Of a DNA stretch of 64,000 nt, positions 37,561 to 51,372 are shown piece after piece (position 1 is the stretch's first letter; every line of letters begins with the position of its first letter). This DNA comes from Octopus vulgaris. Taxonomy: Eukaryota. A program made the translations under genes and the position numbers. Location of the stretch: assembly GCA_951406725.2 (NCBI GenBank), contig OX597820.1, forward strand, positions 496,001 through 560,000, in the 5' to 3' direction. The notes beneath the pieces are model-generated. The model had not been told where the DNA came from, did not search any database, and saw only the letters and a program-made list of their open reading frames with translations.

Positions 37561-38730
37561 TACAAAGTAGAACCTCGCAACACGAGTGCCCCATTGCACA
37601 AGTAATTTGCTGTACGAGTCGAGGCACGTGCGAATTTTTGTCTTGAGATCCGCACTACGAGCGAGTTTTATACAAGCGACCGCTATGCGGCGCTCAGTTC
37701 GCACACGTTCTCCCAACAAGCGCACTTTCCGCTCGCTCAGTTGTGTTTTCCCCAGTGTTTCTTGTTTTAGTTTCCTAAGTTTTTTTTTGCTATTATTTTA
37801 TGATAATGAGTTGTATTAGCCATGGGTCCTAAGAATGTTAGTGCAAAGGATAGTGCTGAGAAGGAGAAAAAGCTGATTACGATGGAATTGAGAAGGAAAT
37901 TATTAGTAGACATGAGAGAGGAGTGCATGTAGTGGTGGGCATAGCACGTCAATACGACCGAAACACGTCGACGATCTGTGCCATCCCGAAGAAAAAGGAC
38001 GAGATGAAGGCCGTCACAACAGCAAAGGGTGTCTCCAGGCTCTCTCAGCAACGCACATCTGTCCACGAAGAGATGGGAAAATTGCTTTTCCTGTGGATGA
38101 ACGAGAAGCAACTCGCAGGAGATACGATTACGGAGACCATCATCCGCGGGAAAGCACGAGCGTTGTATGGGGATCTCCTGAAGCAGAACCCTGGAACATC
38201 GACGGAGGGGGCATCAGCAGACACATTTAAGGCCAGTCGCAGCTGGTTCGATAATTTCAAGAAGAGGACTGGTGTTCATAGCATCGTCAGGTATGTATGT
38301 AGAAGCAGCGAGTTCTAACACGAAGGCAGCCGAGGATTTCGTGCGGGAATTCCGTCAACTCATCGCAGTCGAGGAGTCCATCGCACAACAGGTATTCATC
38401 TGTGATGAGACTGTCCCTTTTTAAAAGCAAATGCCCAGAAGACCCTACATAACTGCAGAGGAGAAGAAAATGCCAGGCCACGAGTCTATGGAAGATAGGC
38501 TGACTTTCGCACTTTGTGCCAATGCGAGTGGAGACTTGAAGATTAAGCCACTCCTTGTGTACCATTCCGAAAAGCCACGAGAATTCAAGTTGCGCAAAAT
38601 CTTGAAGGAGAAGCTGCTGGTCATGTGGAGGGCAAGCCTGGGTCATCAGGTAATTCTTCAACGAATGGGTCAGACTTATCTTCAGACCAGTAGTGAAAAG
38701 TAACTTCTGGAGTACGATCTTCCTCTCACA
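37561..38730 (+). mobile_element. Tigger/pogo DNA transposon, 3'-truncated, frameshifted transposase
   Basis: TA followed by a TIR-like CAAAGTAGAACCTCG; MGPKNVSAK start, CENP-B HTH (LLFLWMNEKQLAGD..FKASRSWFDNFKKR) and DDE-region CDET..MPRRPYIT..DRLT..LCANASGD. Confidence 0.88.
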
Positions 38731-39035
38731 TAACTGATTTCTTCATGGCTTCATATACGGAAGCAACTCTTCAAACCTCATAACTGTATACAGACTGCAA
38801 TAATCTGAATCCAAGCAGAGCATTATATTCCTCCTTCTTCTTTCTTGGAATAATTCTTCGCGTTATAATTAGTAATAACGTCAGAATAACAACCTTCTGG
38901 CATTTATTCAATTAAATCATTCTACAGTAATTCGATAAATTAGATTTACTCTTAAAATAGGGCTTTTTTTGCGTTGCTTTCAATTATATTTCGTCTCTCT
39001 CAACCGCATTCCTCATCTCTTACCTTGTTTCTTCC

Positions 39036-39036
<1 letters not shown>

Positions 39037-39122
<86 letters not shown>

Positions 39123-39135
39123 GTCTGTCTGTCTA

Positions 39136-39224
<89 letters not shown>
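39037..39224. repeat. (CTAT)n/(CTGT)n microsatellite, resumes at 41263-41310
   Basis: Direct reading. Confidence 0.95.
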
Positions 39225-41262
39225 GGGTGGGGCCCTGATCAATTTGGATCAATCGAAAGCTTTCGATAGGGTAGACCATCGATACTTGGAGGCAGTCCTG
39301 AGAGCGGCTAGTTTCGGTCCCGTCTTCCGCGGCTGGATAGCTGCCTTGTACAGAGGTATCCGTTCGGTAATTCGCGTAAATGGACATCTATCGAGACCTT
39401 TCGACATCGCACGTTCGGTCCGTCAGGGAGGCCCCCTCTCGTCACTTCTATACGTATTGACTCTCGAGCCACTACTGCGGAAGCTGGCGACTCTGAGGGG
39501 CATCCCGCGAGAAGTGGGATGCGGGACGAGCGTGTCTGCATACGCGGACGACGTCACCGTCATAGTGTCAAGCCACGAGCACATCGAGCTGGTCGGCGAG
39601 ACACTGAAAGACTACGAAGCGGTGACAGGAGCGAAAATCAACCGGGAAAAGTCAGTGGGCTCGGCACCTGGAGAAGCAAGCCCATGCCGTCCACCAGCAC
39701 CTCCGTCGTGGGACGCTGGACGGACGGCCCGGTTGAGTTGCTCGGACTCTGGTTCGGTCCGGACCTCCAAATGGAGAAGAACTGGAACGAGATAACGAAT
39801 AGGGTGGTCACTCTCGCCCGGCAATGGGCCGAGAGGAAACTGTCCCTAAAAGGTCGGGCGGAGGTGGCGAACACGTACATCGCGTCCATCATCTACTACC
39901 GCCTGACCGTCGTACCTTGTCCCGACTCTACCATCACCAAACTAGAACGCATTCTCTTCCGCTTCCTATGGAAAGGATGCGTCCCGATGGTCAGGCGATC
40001 CATCTGCTGTCAACACCCGTTAAAAGGAGGGCTGGGCATGCCTTGGTTGATGATGCGCAGACACGCGCTGAGACTGCGACATCTCCGGCTCTATGTAGAC
40101 GACGGTGAACAGGTGTGGTCGCCGTTTGTGAGGCACGCATTCCCGCAGCTCGTCTCCATGACCGAACTGCAGTCGTGGATCAAAAAGAGGCCGAGGAAGG
40201 GCGAATGGCACCGCGAGTGTCGCGTTGCTCTCAAGCAACTATGCCGTCCCCGGTCGACCTTTAGTGACTTCAACACAACCCAAGCATTCTATTGGGGATT
40301 AGTGGAGGGGAGGTACGACGACGATCTTGGGGCAAACCTGGGCGTCGACGAGGAATACCTGATCCGCCTGTTTGAGACGACTTTCGGGCCGGGACCTATG
40401 GACAACTTCCAGAGATCCCTGGCCTGGCAGTGCTACCGAGAAGCGCTACCCGTTCGGGATAAACTCTATAGGCATGGCTCGAGAAACACGGGGCCGACCT
40501 GCTCGAGATGCGGGCAGAGCGACGAAACCGTTCTGCACGCAATCGTGCAGTGTCCAACAATCTCCGACCTGTGGGCTTATGTCGAACGACTGCTGTCACG
40601 TGTGGAACGAGTCGGTTTATCAGCTGAGTCTATCGTCAATATTGTCACGCCTCCTTCCTTCAAACGGGAAGGAAGAGCTATTTTTATCATACTTGTGGCT
40701 ATGGCGAAAGAATGTATCTGGTGGACGCGCCTGAAAGGATTGGAGACAAACACTTTCCTCTCTGGTCAATCTCTCATCAACTTCTTCAAGTATCACTTGA
40801 AGAGGAATGTGAGAGTAGAGAGGCAAGTTTTGTCTAGCGAATGTTTTAAAAAAGATGGGTGAATGTAGCAAGGATGGCACGTATGAATGACGAAGCCACC
40901 TTGACTATGATCCTATGAACCGTAAAAATTAATACAGAGAGTTGCTTATTCGTAAAAAAAAAAATAACATATGACTTCATTGACCGAGGTTACAGTGGTC
41001 TTTTCTGTAGGCTTTTCTTTCCACGGGTAAACCTCACCTGTCCTCCCCTTTACATTTTATATTGACATTTCTGTGATAACGATCCCTATTGATCGATTTT
41101 TTCTTTTACCCTCCCTTTTTTTTGCTTTCCTCTTTGTTTCCTTTTACGATCCCTTTTGATCGAAAACCAAACCCCCTTTTTTTGATCCCCAAAAAGAAAA
41201 GCTCTACCTTGTAATTTATCCCGTCTGTGTGCAGCCGTGTGGCTAATAAAGAAACATATTTG
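39223..41262 (+). mobile_element. 5'-truncated Tx1 (L1-group) LINE: RT + C-terminal zinc finger + 3' UTR
   Basis: [52 protein letters not shown]...HAIVQC; AATAAA near the 3' end; frameshift near 39660. Confidence 0.9.
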
Positions 41263-41310
<48 letters not shown>

Positions 41311-42947
41311 ATTCCTTTTCCCCTTTGACATTCTCATTGTTTCTCTCTACTGTTACCTCCCTCCCTCTCTCTCAAACATATACACCTCTCTCGTACAGTC
41401 TCTCTCTCTCTCTCTCAATTATTTTTCACTCTCTCGCTTTTCCATACACTTTTCCTCATTCTCTCAGATACGCCCAACCCTTTCGCTCTTCCTCACAGTT
41501 TTATTTTCAGGAGGTTGACAAAAGAAAAAGAAAGAAAGAAAGAAAGAGCTTCAGACAGGCTGACTTTTAATTTTTTTTATTTAATGCACAAACAAAACGC
41601 ATATTTTTCTTCCCAAACTTTTTACCTATAAAACATTCCAGAATATATATATACGTATGTATGTATGTGTGTGTGTGTGTGTGTGCGTGCGTATGTATGC
41701 ATGTATGTATGTGTGTATGTATATATGTATGTATGCATGTAGACACATAAAGAAAACGAAAAAATGAAATAAAAACTAAAATATAAATAAATCTTGTTAA
41801 AAGAAGAGACTGACAGAAATATTGAGTCACTTCCGCTAAACAATACAGTCGAGAGGTATGTAGTGGGGTTGTGTGTGTGTGTGTGTGATATGAATGCATG
41901 TGTGTATATGTATGTGTGCACTTGCGCGCGCGTTCTGAAGTTAATGTCTTGGTTACAGGAGTAAAATAATATCAGCTACTGCTAATAATAATAATAATAA
42001 TCTTTCCTGTCTAGGCACCAGGACCAAAATTTTGGGGGAAGGGGCCAGTCGATTAGATCGACCCAGTACGCAACTGGTACTTAATTTATCGACCCCGAAA
42101 GGAATTTAAACTCAGAACGTTAAGATAGACGAAATACCGCTAAGCATCATTTCGCCCGGCGTGATGACCTTTCTGCCAGCTCCTCGCCGCCTTAATAAAA
42201 AAAAAAAAAAAAAAAAATATTAATGGTTTCAAATTTTTTCCACAAGGGCAGCAATTTTGAGGGAGGGGGTGAATCGATTACATCGACCTTCGGGCCATTT
42301 GACATTGGGGAAGTTGAGCAAATAGTACTCCAACCAACCAGGGCAGGTAACATACTGGATCTCTGCTTCACAGACGGAGCAAGAAAATCGCCAACGATAC
42401 ACAGGCGGTCAGATATTGAATGACCGGAAGGGAATGGGTGAAGAAAAGTTCTTTCAAAGACAAGAAAGCGCAAGAGAAGGAGGTATGTGTGGGAATGTGC
42501 GTGCGCGCAGGTCTGTGTGTATGTATATGTGTGTGTGTAATGATAGCACGTGTGTCTGTGGTATATATATATATATCTAACTGGTTAAAATTCTATTTAT
42601 TGTGCGGCCGATGATAGTACTGCATTTAAACTGATGTAATGATTGTATTGTTCAATTAATGGAGCCGCTTGAAACGGTCGTACTGCATCACTTCTTGATT
42701 TATATATAGTCAAAACACTATTCATATATATAATTAATCGGTAGCGGTTACAGTATGACTCAAGGGCCGAGAGTTTTGTGTGTTTGCAGTTACAAGTTTA
42801 ATAAAGGCCAACTTCGAAACTCTCGGCCTTTGAGTCACTCTGTAATTTCTGCCAATTATTAATAGCACACACACACCCATAAATATCATATATGTACATA
42901 CACATATACACATGTTTGAGTGCTGTAGCCATGCTGGGGCACCGCCA

Positions 42948-43025
<78 letters not shown>

Positions 43026-45292
43026 CATCCATATATCATTTGAGTAGCTTAATTAATTTCTCCGCTAATTAACTTCGTAGCGCATGCTTTTTATTAAAGA
43101 AATTTTCCTTATTTCCGTTTAGACTGGTTTGCCAATTGGAAAATTGTTTATAAGAATTATTGTCAGGTGTTACTTAATTAGTATAACATTTCATATATAT
43201 ATATTGACGGTATGTTTGTATTTTGGGGCATTCAATCATTAACGCTTGCGGTACAAATCTGGTGACATTTTCTGCCCAGAAGAAAAGATTGTTTCATATA
43301 TTTCCAGGCACCGAACTGCCAAGATGGAAATGACCTTTGCTCAAATGTATTCACAACATACACTCCAATCCACCACCACCACCACCTCCACTTCCTTCTC
43401 CACTTCCTCCTTCTTTTCCACCTCCTCCTCTTCCTCCTCATCCTTCCCTTCTCTTCCTCCCCTCGTCTACCCCCTCCCCTCCTCGTCCCCTCCTCGCCCT
43501 GCTCCTCCTCCCCGTCGTCGTCGTCATTATTATTAATGTTTCATAAATGAGGTATTAATAAGGCGGCGAGCTGGCAGAAACGTTAGCACGACGAGCGAAA
43601 TGCTTAGCGGTATATCGTCTGTCTTTACGTTCTGAGTTCGAATTCAGCTGAGGTCGACTTTGCCTATCATCCTTTCGGGGTCGCTCTAATCGACTGGTCC
43701 CTTCCCCCAAAGTTCCATTGTGCCTGGAGTTGAAAAAGAAATTAGTGAGACATTAATGTTTCCAGTCCTCGGACTCATACAGGGATAACTCGATGCCGTT
43801 GACTGGTGAACAGTCAACAGCGTTGGAGAGCATGAAGATTTAATAGTAGTGGAGAAAAAAATTAGCTGACATGGAGGACCGCAAACCATCTGAATATTGG
43901 TAAAAAGTTAACTGTATCATGATGATTCGCGCCGGGTGTCAAGATGCCAACATCATGACTGCTGTTCTGTGAATATTGTAAAAGCTTTGGGACGTGACAA
44001 CATGGAAACCAGGTTCCGCCAAAGTAGAATACGTGTTTTAATAATGGTTTCCGATTTTGATACGAGGCCAGAAACTTCGGGGAGGGAGTAAGTTGATTAT
44101 CTGGACCTCAGTACTCAACTGGTATTTATTGTATGGACCTTGAAAGGATGAAAGGCAAAGTTGACCCTTGGCGGAATTTGAACTCAGGACGTCAAGTCGA
44201 GAGAAAATCCCGGTAACCATTTTGACCGGTGTGCTGCTCGCCGCCTTGATATGTGTTCTAATAATAGAACCGGAGAACGACCTGAATCTGTAAAACCAGT
44301 TTCGACATCCGGTTGAGACCATTTAACTTCGCTCTCGAGTCATTGTGTAGATGTCAAATCTAAATTTGTGTCGTTGTGGCCAAGCAAAAAGATGAAGGAG
44401 GAGAAAGAAAAAAACAAACAAAACAACAATTGATAATATCAAAACAAAGACGCACAAAGTGAGATGTGAGCCATTGGAAATCCCTTTCAGTAAGGGAAGG
44501 TTGACGAATCATTCTCGTTACCTAAACACGTGTCATCTGTCTGGCTCCTTTGGTTCTCAATTCAGGCGTGACCAAATTTTTGTTATGCTTAATTAAGTTG
44601 GGCTTTTGAAGCCGAGAAATACTTTATGCTTTAGTAGTTATCAATTTGGACTTTGAAAGCAACAGAATATTAAAAGACAGTTTTTTTTCCCTTCTCCCTT
44701 AAAAGATGTTATAACTCTCTTAAAAAGGAAAACACTTTGTGTCACATGATCTTTCGTATTACAATTAGTTTTAGTTTGAGGCACAAAGACATCATAAATT
44801 ACATTAAATAGGAACGCCATATATAACCAATATAGGAATGGAATGTTGTACTCGGTGTTCTGAAGTAAGTGGTTCAATTCCTGGCCAGTCAAATACGTTG
44901 CGTGGTTTTGATCCCCGGTTGAAACCAGTTATATTTACCTCATTCACGATGCCCAAGTGTTGGCGGTCTTTGGCACCCTGGTACGGCACCCTAGTACTCC
45001 GAAGGTCACGACTAGTGTTCCAGTTGATCCGATTTGAGCAAGTGGCTGAGTACTCCACAGACACGTGTATCCTTAACTCAGGGAGATTCAGCGTGACACA
45101 GAGTGTGACAGGGCTGGCCCCTCTTGAATTACAGGTACAGCTCGTTTTTGTCAGCCGAGTAGACTGGGGCACAGTGAAATGAAGTGTCTTGCTCAAGGAC
45201 GCAACACGCCGCCGGGAATTGAACTCATGATCTTATGATCGGGAACTGAATACCCCCAAACCACGAAGCCACGCACCTTCACTCGTGGTCTC

Positions 45293-45352
<60 letters not shown>

Positions 45353-46619
45353 GCACGCACATGCATACACACGCATGCTCGCGCACACACACACGTACGC
45401 ACTCACACACAAACGCACGCACACACATACACGAACGCACGCACACACGTATGCACGCACGCACACAGACACACACACACGTTGACTCTCTTCCAGATGA
45501 CTTTTGCAGATTTGGTGGCGAACTGGCAAAATCGGCAGAGCGCCGGACAAAATGCTTAGCAGCATTTCATTCGGTTTTACGTTCTAATTTCAAATTCTAC
45601 CGAGGTCTCGAGGTCGATAAGCAAAGTACCAGTTGAACACTGGGGTCGAGGTATTCGACTTACGCCCTCCCCTAAAATTGCTGGCCTTGTGTCTCTCGTA
45701 TAATGTTATTCTTTCATTCTTTTACTTGTTTCAGTCATTTGACTACGGCCATACTGGAGCATGACCTTAATGTGTTTTAGTCGAACAAATCGACCTCAGG
45801 ACTTATTCTTTGTAAGCCTAGTACTTATTCTATCGCTAGGTTACGGGGACATAAACACACCGACATCGGTTGTTAAACAATGGCGGGGGACAAACACAGA
45901 CACACAATTACACACGCACGGACACACGCACACACATATATATGACGGGCTTTTTTCAGTTTCCGTCTACCAAATCCACTCACAAGACTTTTATCGGCCT
46001 GATATAGTAGAAGACACTTGCCCAGGGTGCCACACAGTGGGACTGAACCCAGGACCATGTGGTTGGGAAGCACGCAACCTAACACACAGCCACACCTGCG
46101 CTTATATAGCCATTATATTATTATCGTCTGACTTAAGACGGCGAGCTGGCAGAGTGGTTAGCACGCCGGGCGAAATGTGTAGCCGTATTTCGTCTGGCAT
46201 TACGTTCTGAGTTCAGATTCCGCCGAGGTCGACTTTACCTTTCATCCTTTCGGGGTCGATAAATTAAGTACCAATTGCATACTGGGGTCGATCTAATCGA
46301 CTGGCTCTCTCCCGAAAATGTCGGGCTTTGTGCCTAGAGTAGAAAAGCTTATTATCGTCTGACTTTTCTATTTTTCACTACCATTATTCCTTTCTCCAAA
46401 TTTGTATCCTCTTTTCTGCTTTTTCTTTTTTTTATTTTCTCTCAATATATGTGAGTGCGCATGCGCGTAGGCACCTGTCTCCCCCCCCTCTTTCCGTTTC
46501 TCTCTCTTTTTCAAACACTTACACACGTCTATGCAAACACATTTCCATTTTCAGAGTTGTGTTAAATATTGTAGAATGTCTGAAACTATTTTAATATTTC
46601 TGGAATGGAACTCATTCTA

Positions 46620-47040
46620 CAGACAGAGGAGAGGCAATTGGAGAGTTTGGCGGAGACAGTGACGTTGGAAGAGTGTGGGTGGAGGGCAGATCCCAAGATG
46701 TTTTAAATGTGGCCAAAAGGGCCATATTAAAGCGTACTGCCCTCTGCAGAAGAAAATAACAGAAGAAGCGGAATTGGAGACGGAGGGGAAAAGGGAAGAA
46801 GGAGAGACAGAGAGAAGGAAGAAGGAGGAAGAGTGGATAATGATAGAGAGTAAAAGGAAGAAAAGGAAAAACAGTGAGTATGATGTGGTACCCCAGACCA
46901 ACTCCATCCCACCCAAGACCACTCAGACCCACCCTCCTCATACAGACACCAAACCCACCCACCCCCTTTCCCTACAGGAAAAAAAGAAGAAAAAACAGAC
47001 ACTACAAAATTTACAAGACCCCCTACCTCGGTGAAAAAGG
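46620..47040 (+). mobile_element. Retroelement ORF1/gag fragment with CCHC zinc knuckle
   Basis: CFKCGQKGHIKAYC followed by an E/K-rich coil; no splice context recognised. Confidence 0.6.
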
Positions 47041-47486
47041 TTACATCTACATGGAGGAGAGAGTGGTGTCACTCAGCGATGGGGAAAGCAGAAAAGGAAG
47101 GATTGAACAGGAGACTAAAGAGGACTCAGCACTTAAAGGTAGCGAGTGGTGTTACTCAGAGTTACTCAGTGTCGGCTGAGTAACACACTCTTCAGGTTAT
47201 CATAAATTTAATATTTTGATTTTATTTTTCATGTTCATTTTCATGTGTCATTCATAGTATCATATTTTAATTGTATATATTTTTAATTGTTATATGTCCC
47301 CACATATTTTGTAGTGTCCCCTCTATGTTATGCCTTTATGACAAAATTTTGAAATAAAGTAGCTTGCTTACCAACCACATGGTTCTGGGTTCAGTTCCAC
47401 TGCGTGGCACCTTGGGCAAGTGTCTTTTACTATAGCCTCGGGCCTTGTGAATGGATTTGGTAGACGGAAACTGAAAGAAGCCCATC

Positions 47487-47523
<37 letters not shown>

Positions 47524-47895
47524 TGTGTGTCTGTATTTGTCTCCCCACCATCACTGGACAACCGATGTTGGTGTGTTTACGTTCCCGTAACAAACCATGG
47601 GAAGAGAAAGCTTATAGGAGTTATTACGCAACATTTTTATCTTTATTAACGGAAGATCTGGCTCAGGGCGTACCTCAGGTGTATTTAGTCATAAGGTGTC
47701 TGTCGGAAACAACGTGGCAGCTATCATCGTCACTAGAATGCTGAAAGCAGAAGTTGGCTTCTGTTCGAATTTCTAAGCACGAAATCTAAAATTGTCAGCT
47801 GTGTTGCCTTAGTTTTGTTTTCTTAAAAGTGGCGTATTTCTGTATTTATATCCGTTGGTGTAGGTGTAGCCGCCTGTGTGCGACTGTTCACTAGC

Positions 47896-47961
<66 letters not shown>

Positions 47962-48459
47962 TATTATTATTATTATTATTATTATTATCGTTTCATGCCC
48001 GTTGGTTGGCTGCTATTTGTGTGCCATAGGCATATCTTGATTTTGTGGTGATGTTTATTTTCGTTGAATCTCTAGGTTAGAAACACATTTGACTGTTTGT
48101 ATTCTCTTTTGTTGTTTTTCTTTGTATTTTCATTGATTTTGTTTTTATAGGGAAATTCGCTTATTTTATTTAGTGGGGTCTTTCTGTCGATCAAGGTGAC
48201 CGTGTATCTGCACCGGAATACGCAGGCCTGGATAAGGATCATTGTATGTGACTGGCAGTTGTCCATGCATGAATATCTCTTCTCTCCTAACCACCGATGT
48301 TGTCCAATGGAAAGGCTGGTGCCTCAAGACCGATAGAGTCTGGCGCCATTGTTACCGTAGACACAGTTGAATGAACGCAAAGGGACGGATCAGACACAGC
48401 AAGGTATCTACGCGCTAACAGTTCTTTAGCGAGGTGGTAAATGGTGCAAAGTGGCTGAA

Positions 48460-49085
48460 GCTCTGGTAATATTTAGATATAGAAACAAAGAATGGAATAG
48501 AATACAAAGAACTTGTGACAAAGCAAACAAGGCGAACACGTGGTATAAAACCGACAAATATCAAGGAGTGATGTTTGTAGAGGCCACAGCCCATGGGGAG
48601 CTGTCCCGTAGATTTAGAAAAGCTCTGAAGGAGAACAAACTAAACACTAAAATTGTTGAAAAGCCAGGGAGCTCCATCAGATCACAACTATGTAGGATGT
48701 ACCCCTTTTGAGAATACCATATGCACCAATGATAACTGCATGGTATGTAGAATTAACCCTGGCATTAACTGTAGAACTAGAAATGTAGTTTACAGCATAA
48801 GATGCATAGAAGGTGCTTGTAAAGACATGAACATGACATACATAGGGGAGACATCTAGGAGCATTGTGGAATGACTAAATGAACATTTGAGACAATATGA
48901 CAACAAAAAACAGTCCTCCATGCTCTACCAACATGCCAAAGACCAACATGGATGCAACTTGAGTCAACTTGACATCCGCATCTTATCCAAGCACCCAAAA
49001 GACCCAGCACTCAGACAAATACGGGAGTACGTCCTTATAAATGAAACCTCCCCAATACTAAATAGGAAATATACACAGTAAATAC
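48460..49085 (+). mobile_element. Penelope-like element 3' fragment (Zn linker + GIY-YIG endonuclease), disrupted
   Basis: CTNDNCMVC...NCRTRNVVYSIRC..C...YIGETSRS..(stop)LNEH...LYQHAKDQH...RQIREYVLI...P.LN across three ORF pieces. Confidence 0.85.
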
Positions 49086-50414
49086 CATACCTCCATACCC
49101 ACAGTTTACACAGGTAGAGTAGAATAGTTAGTGGACTGTCAGGTAGATAAAGGTATGTATGTGGGTGTGAGTGTGTGTGTGTATGCACTTTTCTTCCTGT
49201 ATGTAAGCAAATAGAAATAAACAGATCAATATACAGACGGAAAGGTATATAAGCTATATGAACAGACACATGGAGACACGGATCCACACATATAAAGATG
49301 CACATCCATACGTACAAACATGGTACATAGTTGCATAACACACACACACACACACACAGACATGCACACACAAGGAGACAGAGGTGCATACATATACAAA
49401 CACACACTCACACACACACACATAGAAAATACACAAACACAGACAGGCAAGCACATAAATATGCAGGATACGGACATACAGATGCACACACATGCATACA
49501 TACATACACATAGAAACACACACATACATACATACGTACATGCATGCATGTATAGGCACACACACACACTGACCCAAACACATGCGCACAAACAAACAAA
49601 CAAAAGGGAACGCAGTGTAAATAAGGGACAGAGTCAAGACTATTGAAAAGGTTGCAAGACGCAACGAAACTTTTAGGACAATAAAAATAAGAAAAACGTG
49701 GAAATTTCACCGGTGAGTGTGTCACATAATAAGGCACAAAAAGAAAATGACTCCCCAGACACAACAGAAGAAGCTTCAACACACGAACTCATATAAAGAA
49801 TCTTGCAAACCAAATCCAAAAACGAAATAAATAAGTAAAAACAGTAAAAAACAGAACAAAGCAATAAAAACAAACGAAGAGGGTTGTTAAGCGAAGACGA
49901 TGAAAAAATGATTCTGAACGTTTAAGGAGACGAGCTTATGAAAGAGATAGGATAAGCTGGTCTGGTCTTTGTGAAGATAGCAGTCGGAAAGATGGCTTCC
50001 CTCTGATCACGTGTCAACGACGAGAGAGTCGAGGAGGAGTAAGAGAGAGGCAACGGTGAAGGGGAGAGGAGAAGAATAGGGAAGGGTGAGAGAGAAAACC
50101 AGAAAGGATGAAGAACAAGAGAGAGAGAGAGAGAGAGAGATAGACAGAGAAGAAATAGTAAAGAAGAAGAGTGTGCGCCATCTTTCCGACGGCTATCTTC
50201 ACAAAGACATATATGGTTTTTTTCTTTCCTTTACCCCACCTCTTTCTATAGGTTACCTTTAACGTTATATCCTCTATTTATGACATATTTCATATCAGTT
50301 ATGTTCGTATGACTAAAAGATTATCGTTATTAAACTTCTATTAATAAACACATTTTCTAAGTACATATCCACCATTTTCTGTTAAAATGTCTTATTGATG
50401 AGTTTCATTTCTTC

Positions 50415-50503
50415 ATTTCCCTGAAGTGAAGCTTACATTGTTTTACACCATTTTATTCCTTTGGAATAATACCAGTGATATCTTCGAAACATGTGTCGGA
50501 AGT
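50415..50503 (+). ncRNA. Type I hammerhead motif, variant core (CUGAAGU)
   Basis: AUUUCC CUGAAGU GAAG...CUUC GAAA CAUGUG UC GGAAGU; A9 is substituted or deleted. Confidence 0.6.
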
Positions 50504-50718
50504 AAAAGAATTTGAATAACACCTACGTTTAACTCCATTTGTATCTTATTACTCATTGATGTACATTGTTTTGTTCTATATTATTATGTTTGACCTTAAT
50601 GTTCATATGTAGTGGTTTAATAAATTATGTGATTGGGTATTATCTGGTAGTTGATTATTGATTAAGGTGTATTTCTCCATTTTCTTATTTTGTATATATA
50701 TATATATATATATATATA

Positions 50719-51299
50719 TTGATAAAAGTGGTAAGACTACAAAAGAATGAAAGAGACCTCAATATTATGTAAATAGAGGAATTTATCTGTAAATGTAATG
50801 TGTGACAATTATTCGGTAGGCATGATAAAACTCCGAGTTTCGGATGCCGAGGTGGAAATCCACGCCGCCATCTCTTCAGTTATCCGGCCGTTGGAAAAAT
50901 ATTATCCTTCCATGTTATAAAAGAAAGCTTTCCATCTCATGCGCTTAATCAGGTCTGTAATTTTCTCCAAAAGTTTTTTAGAGTATAGTTCCCTTGGTGG
51001 TATAGGTATGTTTTTCATAGAATAATCGATGCAGTAGGCGTCCATATTGAATTCTTCTGCGGGACAGAGTCCTCAACCGATGTCTGGCGATTTTCCAAAA
51101 TAAGCTGTATTAGATAGTATTTTTCCGACGGTCGGATAACAGAAGAGATGGAGGTGTGGATTTCCACCTCGGCATCCGAAACTCGGAGTTTTATCTTGGC
51201 TACCGAATAATTGTCACATATTACATTTACAGATAAATTCCCTTATTTACATAATATCGAGGTCTCTTTCATTCCTTTGTAGTCTTACCATTTTTATCA

Positions 51300-51300
<1 letters not shown>
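50719..51300. mobile_element. Penelope-like remnant with about 188-bp inverted arms, inserted in (TA)n
   Basis: Arms 50719-50906 and 51113-51300 are reverse complements with a few mismatches. The centre encodes a 47-aa minus-strand ORF (50902..51045) with YSMKNIPIP and IKRMRWKAFF, which I recall as a PLE N-terminal signature. Confidence 0.8.
50824..50884 (-). ncRNA. Minimal type I hammerhead ribozyme motif (intact core)
   Basis: GAUAA CUGAAGA GAUG..CAUCC GAAA CUCGGAG UU UUAUC: stem I GAUAA/UUAUC, hairpin stem II, near-palindromic stem III, GUU triplet. Confidence 0.72.

Positions 51301-51372
<72 letters not shown>

Noticed and set aside
43337-43546. Poly-Pro/Ser ORFs
   Set aside because: Low-complexity (CCT)/(CCA) tract.
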